A stretch of DNA of 64,000 nucleotides from the NCBI GenBank assembly GCA_004764695.1, contig SMSO01000034.1, forward strand, positions 62,001 through 126,000. Reading direction: 5' to 3'. Of the stretch, positions 1 through 8,040 are shown in pieces (the stretch's first letter is position 1; each line of letters starts with the position of its first letter). Origin of the DNA: Schizochytrium sp. TIO01 (Eukaryota > Protista > Bigyra: Labyrinthulomycetes). Under the pieces are notes generated by a model. The model had not been told where the DNA came from, made no database searches, and was given only the letters and a program-made list of their open reading frames with translations. The position numbers and the translations under genes are program-made.

Positions 1-3000
1 CCCTGCCACAATTACACGGTTATCATTCGTCCAACCCAAACTCAAGCCGAGACCGTTGGTCATATCCACAGTAACATCAAACTGGTTATTTGGTAACTCG
101 TGGTAAGCCAAAGGCTTGAGCTTGCGGAAACGCATGTGGTAGGGAATTGGCTGGCCATCCTCGCCATACATTTCCTCGTGGTCACGTTGGGGCGGTCGGA
201 AGATGTCCGGAATCGGGTCATTTGCTGGCTCGCGCAACTCACGCAGGCGTGCAATGGAAACATTCGCCTCCACATGCTCGTCATCGAGGTACTTCAACTT
301 GTAAGTTTCATTCTTATCGTTGAAGTCAACAACCTGAGCACGCCGCCAGTCCCGAGACTTACTCGCGTCCTCTACGTTGCAAAGAACGACAACTTGGTCG
401 CCCACAGTAAAACTAGATGTACTGTTCACATCTTGCTCATAAAGACCAGGGGGGCGCTTGATACGTTCTACACCCACGCCGTCCTCGTCATTATTTGAAT
501 CCTTGAAGCATACAGAATAGGAGTCCGATGAAGTAGAAACCTTTGTAATACGAGCAGCGATCCAAACTTTGGCAGAGGCGCTGCTGTCGCCGTCGGAAGA
601 AGACGCACCGGTGTTACCACCGGCAACACTGGCTTGACAAGCTTCGATGGTCTGACCAATGACAAATGCAAGACGATGCACCTGGGCAAACGGGATATTG
701 GCAATCTTCTCAGCAGTATCTTCATGGACCAAGGAACACATTGAGCGACCAATATCAACAGAGGACACTATGCCACGCACGACATCTTTCTCAGGTTCCT
801 TGACCTCCACCAATTCACCAACCATCGGTACAAAGAGACGCACGTTCTCACGATTCATTGGCACGGTAGCAGCAGCAGCTTGCTCTGGGTTTTGCTGATG
901 TTGGTCAGGGAACATTTTCTCAACGCTGTTACCAATTGGATCGAACAGCACGTCATATCGCTCAGCCGGAATATCACGAGAGCTAATGACAGCACGCAAA
1001 AAGCGATTTTCTTCCGGGTGCAGTGCCTCAACTACTGTACCAGGCTCTAATGTCATGAGTGGAGAGCGGACCAGTCCGCCAGCCACAAAGGTCTCCGGAG
1101 CAAGGCTGGCATCCTCATACTGTAGATCATATGAGTCATTCGGGTTAACCCTGGAAACCACAGCACCGTGCCAAGTACGACCAGCGCCGTACATTGCCTC
1201 AACGCGTTCTCCAGCTGCAAAATCAGAGCGTGCAAAGCGCAGCGCACCGAGGGCAACGACTTGCTCGCGCTGATCTAACGGAACATTGTCCAAGTGCACA
1301 GAGTACAGACCATCCTTGTGGTTGCTGACAATTGTGCCCTTGTGCCAAGCTTCTTCAGCGCCAGACAGAGCAAAATCACCCTGGGCCTCAATACGATCAC
1401 CAACATTAAACTCCTGCTTAGCACCTTCCGCAGGATTGTCAATGATTATAGCTTTGGCCGGGACAGCGGCTTCCAGGTCGGGGTCAGCCTTGACGACAGG
1501 CTGTTTTTGTTGATTGCGTCGGCGCATAACCAGTAACGCAGCAGCAATAAGAACTACTGCAACAATAGCAACAACAATACCGACAATCATACCTACACTT
1601 GAGCTTTTTCCATCGCCGCCAGAGGTAGAATCAGGAGGAATTATTGCTGCGCTTAAACAGGTTGCGTTGTCCATACTTACAGATCCACTAGCCAAGCTTA
1701 CATTCTTATCCGCGACAAGAACCACAGAATAAACATTGTATGCATTATCTGCTGAGCAAATAGCGGATGTAGAATTTCCATACGATTTGCTGGGCGTGGT
1801 TTGCACAACAGCACCGGTGGTAGTGTTTGTAAGAATGCAAATAAAACTAGACAGATCAAGGAGTTCTAAGGAAGACCCACTTAGCTCGACGTCAGTATAT
1901 GCATCGCTGTTCGAACATTGAGCATAGCTGTAGGGAGACTGTAGGCAGGAAGCCTTATTCTGCGCTACCTTCACCTGAACCGTGTGAGACGAAATCAATG
2001 TGACACCATCCAGCTCAACACTGATGGTCTCTTCCAGCTGAGCCCGTGTCATAGAACTACTTAATGAACACACAATTTCGCTTTCTGAGTCTGTGTCTTC
2101 AAATGACACGGCATTACTGCCGAGGCACTCCGTGCCCGAGAAAGATCCAGACAAACTCAAATATGCACTCAAGGATGTGCCAGTTACGGATGCACTTACT
2201 GCGCTTCCTGCACATACTTCGTACGGAGTCGTTACGTCAAGACAAATACGAGCCGCAGTTGGTGCTAATTCAATAGATTTAACTACTTTGGTTGTTACAC
2301 CGTCATCCATTTGAGTGTAGAGAGCAATGCTTGTATAGTTACCCGACGAAGTGTTCTTTGGGTCCCAGCCCGGTGCTTGGCACTCTACTGACGGGCTCGA
2401 ACCTCCATTAAAGAGCGGATCTGCGATCTCAAGGCCACTGGGGCCATCAAATGAGCAGAATACCTGCGTGCTCTGCTTAGCAAGCGTAATTGCTGACCTT
2501 CCACCAAGGACTAACTCAACACTCTCACGCGCACAGTCAGCATCGGAATCAGAAACGCCATTGCCTTGTGAGACATCACCAGAGCACACTTGTGCCTTAT
2601 AGCCACTCTCAAAATCAACAGGGTCACCGACTGCGTCATCTGTAATTAAAAGGACCAGAGTCACCGATGAGTAAGCACCATCATTGAAGGAGCTAAGATT
2701 GAAAGGACTCCAGACCTTGGACTGACAAAGAATAGAATTGTCTGATTGAAGGATGGCCTCAGTCTGTTGCACCCCACCACTTGCGTCCCAATCAGAATCA
2801 ATGGTCCAATTGCACGCCCACTGAGTCAATACAGACACAGTTTCGTTGCTAGAGTCATCGTACTCTTCGGTGGTCTCGTTGTAGAGGGCCAACAAGGCGA
2901 CGACGGTCTGCCCCCCGAATGCTGTAGCAAGGCCATCACCAAGACAGTATGAAGGATCAGAAGAGTCTTGCAAAGCGCGACGGCTTGAATCGTCACTCTG

Positions 3001-5952
3001 AGCGGTTACTTCAATAACATTCGATAGGCATTCACCAGCGCCATTAAGACTATACCCACTCACATTCACAGAGACATACTCCGCAACACTGCCAGCAGGC
3101 CGCTCAAGCAAAAGAGCTGTGACGCGACCGCTGTTAAGAGTCGCAGTAGCAGGAAGTGGGCAAGACACAAAGGTATCCTGAACCGTGCCTTCACTAGTTT
3201 CACCAGTGTCAAACTCACACTCAACAGAACCATTCCCTAGTTCAGAAAGTAAGCTTTCAAGACTCGAACCTCCATCTACAAAAACCTTTGCATCGCGAGA
3301 GCCCATGCAAGCAACATCATCACCAACTGGAGAATCCAGCTCACTAACAGTGGAAGTAAGGCAAGGGGATCCAGTAATAACTTCCAGAGCGAAGCCTTCG
3401 TTACCAATTGTAGAAACATAAGTAGAACTATCGGTTCCAGAGCAGCTATATATAAGGTGCGCTCGGACATCGGAGGTGATGCCATTTCCTTCGCCTAGGA
3501 AGAGTTCATCAGGGATATCACAGAGAATACCTCCGGTGTTTGAATCTGTTCGAGCATCCACGTAGATGGATGACGCGTTTCCAGCAACAGGCAAGCCACC
3601 AGAGAAACGGCACTGGGAATAGCCAGCATTAAGACTTAATGCGGTGCTTCCAGTGAACAGAATAGCTGCACCTAACTCACTGTTGTTCTGTGCCCAGCAT
3701 GCAGACACTTGGCCGCTTTCAACAAAGTCATCACTTGAGGAAGATCGTGCACTCAGTTGTAGACATTGACTCGTGGTATTGCTCAGTTGTCGTGACACTA
3801 CAACAACACCGTTACTAAGAAGCTCGAAACGTTTAAATGTAAGGGCACATTGACCTTCTTCAGTAATGTATTGCGTACTACACTCGAATTGTCCACTACC
3901 CAGATCAGTTTGTGTTCCTGTTACGTAAACAACATTATCCTCCTCATTATCATCAACAAATTGGCAGGTGATCGAGGAATCAGAGCCATCAAAGACGACA
4001 TCAGAGTTGCTTGAGGGCACAAGAGTTACTGAAGCGTCAGCACCGTAGCAAGGCTCCTTCTCTACTTGCACTGAAAAGCATGGTTTGAGGGTGTACGAAA
4101 AATAGTCACTGTTTGCGTTGAGAGACAAGGCACGTTTTTGGCTGGGATTGACCAAGTATAAACCAGCTGAGACATCGCGAATCATTGTACCATCTGCCAT
4201 GGGTTCAAAGAGTTCCGCCGGGTAGGAGCAGGTTACTGTAGAAGCATTGACAGTACTGGGTTGCACCAAGTATGAATATGCTGACCCCTTCACACTATAC
4301 ATTCCAATTAAACACTGGAGGTTAAGGCTACTAGATGATTCAGCCTGTGACTTTGCCCACTCCACAGCTTCACCAGAAAAAGTTGCTGAGGCCTCGTCAT
4401 CCATACGCCAACACGCAGAGATGGCGGCTTTGGAGGCGAGGCATGATGCTGCATCTAAGGAAAGGGCAGATGTAACATTGTAAAGGTCCGAGTATGTAAG
4501 CGAGGTCGCATCCGTACCAGGGATATCATCACCAGAACTCAAACTAATTTCAACTTGGATATTGGACACCATCGGGGGGGGTGCGACCTGGACACTTGAA
4601 ATGGCTGCAGACGTGAGGGTTACCGATGAAGTGTCGATACCTGATGCGAGAAACTGCGTTATTGACTCATCCGACAAAGTGCATAAGAAGGAATCCTCAG
4701 AGTCTGACAACGTTGCTGCCACGGTCCGTGTGTAAGAGTAGCCATCGTTTTCAAATTCAATGATGCAATTCACGTCAAAGGAAGATGTGCTGTTTATAAT
4801 AGCGTCAATTGTTGCATTTGTAAGTTCATAGCTGATGTCATCACCAATGCAGCGCTCGGCTTCCACAGGTGTAGCAGTGATGCACGAAGGGCGAGAGAGC
4901 TGAAAAGTCGAGGTGCCCACCAGACGACGGATTGTCGGCTCAACGTTGATCAGCTGTACGGTGATCGTCTCATATGTGCCTGGGGAACTGTAAAACGAGA
5001 TTGGTGTCTCGCATAAGTAGCCTCCAGATATTGCTGTTGGATCCACATCTGGGTACGTGTAACTTGGGTTTCCAGAGAGTGTAAACGAGCAAATCAAATT
5101 ATCCATCTCAGATACAGATGACCCAGTGACTTGAATGGAAGGACGTTCGCCAGCACAGACGCCCCTTGAGGAATCAGGCTTCACAAGTGCTATACTAAAA
5201 TCACCGTAAATAAACGCTGTGAGAGAGTTGATCGTATTGTTCAATGCGTTGACGCTGTCGACAGGGAAAATCAGGTTCTCATCGCCTGTGATCTCTGTAA
5301 CCTCCTCAATCTGTCTCTCCTTCTTCTTTGCAGTAAACCCATCAGAAAGAACAATGGCAAAAATTTGCGTATTGTTTTCCGCATTAATCTCATCAGCAAT
5401 AGCTTCTGAGCGACGCTTGGAGTCTGTATCTTGGTTGGCGTTGCTATTTAGAAAACCATCGGTAACATAGAGAACACTAGATGTCCGTGTTGGGGGGGCA
5501 AGCGCCTCGGCTTCCTCTATCCAGTGCAATGTCTGATTGAGCGCAGTCTCGGCACATGTTTGGCCAGTAGGCTTTATTTTGTAAAGCTTTTGGAAAGCTT
5601 TATCGATGAGCGTTTTGTTTCCTGTAGGCTCAAGGATAACGTTGGGGTCAGAGTCTTCATTCATACAACGAAATAGAGTGATTCCGATGCGAATGCCATT
5701 ATTTTCCTGATCTTCATAGTATGAACCGACTAGCTTCGCCATGGCGGTCGCGGTATCTTCACAAAAGTTGGCCAGCAGTTGCATGCATGTCAGACCGTCT
5801 GAATTTTTTTTACAGGTATTGTCGTTATCATCAATACTGCCAGATGTATCAACAACAAAGTAAAAGTCTTGCGCTTCATTGACCGCTAGTGCTGGTTGGA
5901 GCTGGGCACTCAAGGTGAATACAGTCACCAAAAGTAGGAGAAAGAATCGCAT
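1..5952 (-). CDS. Large type-I transmembrane protein (3'-partial, >=1984 aa): signal peptide, VWA domain, Cys-containing Ig/IPT-like repeats, TM helix, tandem Tudor/Agenet-like repeats, start of a PDZ domain
   Basis: Manual minus-strand translation from ATG at 5952 gives MRFFLLLLVTVFTLSAQLQPALA (signal peptide), then DFYFVVDTSGSI (MIDAS DxSxS), KPTGQT and VLYVTDG. TM segment VGMIVGIVVAIVAVVLIAAALLVM-RRR lies at ~1596-1516. The cytoplasmic part has FxxGDxVE...W...Y-type repeats and ends MTNGLGLSLGWTNDNRVIVAG at base 1. The same frame held at every spot checked. The ORF track lists no stop-terminated ORF in this frame, consistent with one open frame running off the window. Confidence 0.9.
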   Translation of the reverse strand, partial: MRFFLLLLVTVFTLSAQLQPALAVNEAQDFYFVVDTSGSIDDNDNTCKKNSDGLTCMQLLANFCEDTATAMAKLVGSYYEDQENNGIRIGITLFRCMNEDSDPNVILEPTGNKTLIDKAFQKLYKIKPTGQTCAETALNQTLHWIEEAEALAPPTRTSSVLYVTDGFLNSNANQDTDSKRRSEAIADEINAENNTQIFAIVLSDGFTAKKKERQIEEVTEITGDENLIFPVDSVNALNNTINSLTAFIYGDFSIALVKPDSSRGVCAGERPSIQVTGSSVSEMDNLICSFTLSGNPSYTYPDVDPTAISGGYLCETPISFYSSPGTYETITVQLINVEPTIRRLVGTSTFQLSRPSCITATPVEAERCIGDDISYELTNATIDAIINSTSSFDVNCIIEFENDGYSYTRTVAATLSDSEDSFLCTLSDESITQFLASGIDTSSVTLTSAAISSVQVAPPPMVSNIQVEISLSSGDDIPGTDATSLTYSDLYNVTSALSLDAASCLASKAAISACWRMDDEASATFSGEAVEWAKSQAESSSSLNLQCLIGMYSVKGSAYSYLVQPSTVNASTVTCSYPAELFEPMADGTMIRDVSAGLYLVNPSQKRALSLNANSDYFSYTLKPCFSVQVEKEPCYGADASVTLVPSSNSDVVFDGSDSSITCQFVDDNEEDNVVYVTGTQTDLGSGQFECSTQYITEEGQCALTFKRFELLSNGVVVVSRQLSNTTSQCLQLSARSSSSDDFVESGQVSACWAQNNSELGAAILFTGSTALSLNAGYSQCRFSGGLPVAGNASSIYVDARTDSNTGGILCDIPDELFLGEGNGITSDVRAHLIYSCSGTDSSTYVSTIGNEGFALEVITGSPCLTSTVSELDSPVGDDVACMGSRDAKVFVDGGSSLESLLSELGNGSVECEFDTGETSEGTVQDTFVSCPLPATATLNSGRVTALLLERPAGSVAEYVSVNVSGYSLNGAGECLSNVIEVTAQSDDSSRRALQDSSDPSYCLGDGLATAFGGQTVVALLALYNETTEEYDDSSNETVSVLTQWACNWTIDSDWDASGGVQQTEAILQSDNSILCQSKVWSPFNLSSFNDGAYSSVTLVLLITDDAVGDPVDFESGYKAQVCSGDVSQGNGVSDSDADCARESVELVLGGRSAITLAKQSTQVFCSFDGPSGLEIADPLFNGGSSPSVECQAPGWDPKNTSSGNYTSIALYTQMDDGVTTKVVKSIELAPTAARICLDVTTPYEVCAGSAVSASVTGTSLSAYLSLSGSFSGTECLGSNAVSFEDTDSESEIVCSLSSSMTRAQLEETISVELDGVTLISSHTVQVKVAQNKASCLQSPYSYAQCSNSDAYTDVELSGSSLELLDLSSFICILTNTTTGAVVQTTPSKSYGNSTSAICSADNAYNVYSVVLVADKNVSLASGSVSMDNATCLSAAIIPPDSTSGGDGKSSSVGMIVGIVVAIVAVVLIAAALLVMRRRNQQKQPVVKADPDLEAAVPAKAIIIDNPAEGAKQEFNVGDRIEAQGDFALSGAEEAWHKGTIVSNHKDGLYSVHLDNVPLDQREQVVALGALRFARSDFAAGERVEAMYGAGRTWHGAVVSRVNPNDSYDLQYEDASLAPETFVAGGLVRSPLMTLEPGTVVEALHPEENRFLRAVISSRDIPAERYDVLFDPIGNSVEKMFPDQHQQNPEQAAAATVPMNRENVRLFVPMVGELVEVKEPEKDVVRGIVSSVDIGRSMCSLVHEDTAEKIANIPFAQVHRLAFVIGQTIEACQASVAGGNTGASSSDGDSSASAKVWIAARITKVSTSSDSYSVCFKDSNNDEDGVGVERIKRPPGLYEQDVNSTSSFTVGDQVVVLCNVEDASKSRDWRRAQVVDFNDKNETYKLKYLDDEHVEANVSIARLRELREPANDPIPDIFRPPQRDHEEMYGEDGQPIPYHMRFRKLKPLAYHELPNNQFDVTVDMTNGLGLSLGWTNDNRVIVAG

Positions 5953-7940
5953 GTGTTGGCTCAGTCTTGGCAATCCTCCTTGTGAATGCTGTGTTATTGA
6001 TGTTGACAGCCTTGCCTGGTCCAGAGATATGTGGGTGCCTTGCGCTCCTCCTCTGATCATTGCTGCTAATTTACTGGTTGCATATTTCTGTTGAGAGGCT
6101 GTACGCAAGCCTAGGCTTGAAATTTGATTTTGTAAAGCTGCCATTTTCTGCGAATCAGCTGGGTACTTACACGGGACGACTTTATGTGCAATGTCTTCTT
6201 GGCTGGCCTCTTGTTTAAGCCACCGATGCACGAGTCTTGCCCCAGCGCTCTAAAGCGCACTTGCAATTTTAGTTCTGCTTACTGGTACTGCTGACTTTAA
6301 AAAACCCAAAAGACCAAGAATGTGAAACTCTTCCTTCTCCTAGTAGCACTCTCTTCTATCACTGTGCTAGCTTAGTGCTACCTACTATTTTCGGTAGAAG
6401 TACGGTATTTTCAAAACAAACAGAGGAACTAACTCTATTCTACGTATGTCTCTATTGTTGTAGAAATCTCCCCTTGAGATTGACACCAAGCCTTTTAGAG
6501 CGAACCCAGCACCTGGGGAGTGAGTTTAGATGCTGCACTAAGGACCACACACTAGGTATCAGGTTTGTTGAGGGTCGCCGAAGTGATTTCTTTCTTTCTG
6601 CTGTAGCTATTACTTTCCCTCCTCCTTTGCCAGGTAGTATATTGTTTGACTTCTTTATATTGTGTCGTCAATCAGCCAGTCGATCAGTCAATCGGTCAAT
6701 CAGACACAGACCCCCCTTGCACGGCTGCTTTTGCTGTTGGTTATGATTGGCTCTCGTCTTGCGCACAACACGGACGAGCCAGTCTCTTCGCACACCAGCT
6801 GCACCACCGGCGATCAATCGGGCTCTTCACCTCTTCACCGCGCCCTGGAGCAGTCGCTTCTTGGATTGTACACGAAGTTGCTGCACTTTAGTTGTTCTTG
6901 GTTTGCAACTCTGTTCGCGCTGTCCTCTCAACGACACTCCCTTTTCCTTTCTTGAGCCTTTTCTTAGAAATAAAAACAATCTTGAAAAAAGAAAAGAAAA
7001 GGAAAAAACTCAAAAGAGAAAAGAGAAAAGCTTATGTTCGGGAAGAGACTTTCGAAATTGATTTGACGTCCTTGCAAGCCTGTAGATACCTACTGGGTAG
7101 AGAGAAAGATACCTGCCTGCCTCCTTCCCGTTCCTTGCAGACTGACCAGCGGCCAGAAGCCAAAGCGAATTCCAAAAGGCGGGAGCAATTGAATTGTTAT
7201 AAAAAAACAAAAAAACAGCACCAATAACAGGAAAACCAAATTGACTCCCTTGTAGCCACCTTGGTACGCACCTATTGCGACAAATAGGAGTACCTAAGGA
7301 ATGACAAAGAAACACCTCAGAAAAGAACGCCTCTCTACACTAGAAAAAAGAAAGGAAAAAAGAGACAAGCTCCAAATAGAAATGTGCGATTTGGTTACCG
7401 GTCTGTGGCAACGAATGAAAAACTCGTCTAGTAGAGCGAGCGCTCAAGGTTCCCGCTTGATGTCCCAGCCTGCCTGCTTAAAATGACTTGCCAGGACCGC
7501 GTCTCGATTCGCCTACTCGCTGCGAGCAAATGTTTGAGAGTTTGGGCTCGCAAAAGCCTTCGAATGGATGCACTTCATATTCGAAAGAAAAGGGAACGAT
7601 CCGAACTGAAAATAAAAACACCTTTTTTCCTCTCTCTTTCTATTCCCCTCTGAAATGAAAAGTTTTTATTCAAAATCAAATTCCATTCTCGTTCTCCTCA
7701 ACGCCGCCGATCAGAGGCACCGATCTCGCGGGATCGGGCGATCCGTCGATTGCCGCGGCTGCGCCTGCTGCAGGCCGCGAGAGAGATCTCGGCCGGGCTG
7801 TCGGGCGTGCTGATCGGTGCTCCGCAGCCGCTTCGAAGGCTGATCGGCGTCAGTCAATGGAGAGGAGGTTTACGACTTGCTGACGGAATTCGAATTTTGA
7901 TTGAATGTTTCTCTTTCCTTTCCAACACTGGAATATGATC

Positions 7941-8040
7941 AATTTTGAATTTCGAATATTGAATTTCGAATATTGAATTTTGAATTTCGAATTTCGAATA
8001 TTGAATTTCGAATATTGAATTTTGAATTTCGAATTTTCGA
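7941..8040. repeat. Heptamer array GAATTTC/GAATATT/GAATTTT containing a 42-bp higher-order unit repeated twice
   Basis: From 7947 the units read A-B-A-B-C-A-A-B-A-B-C-A-C (A=GAATTTC, B=GAATATT, C=GAATTTT). The array sits inside a GC-rich island (~7700-8400). Confidence 0.9.

Noticed and set aside
60-6094. Many short ORF-track entries in the first 6 kb
   Set aside because: Alternative-frame or antisense by-products of the long minus-strand receptor CDS.
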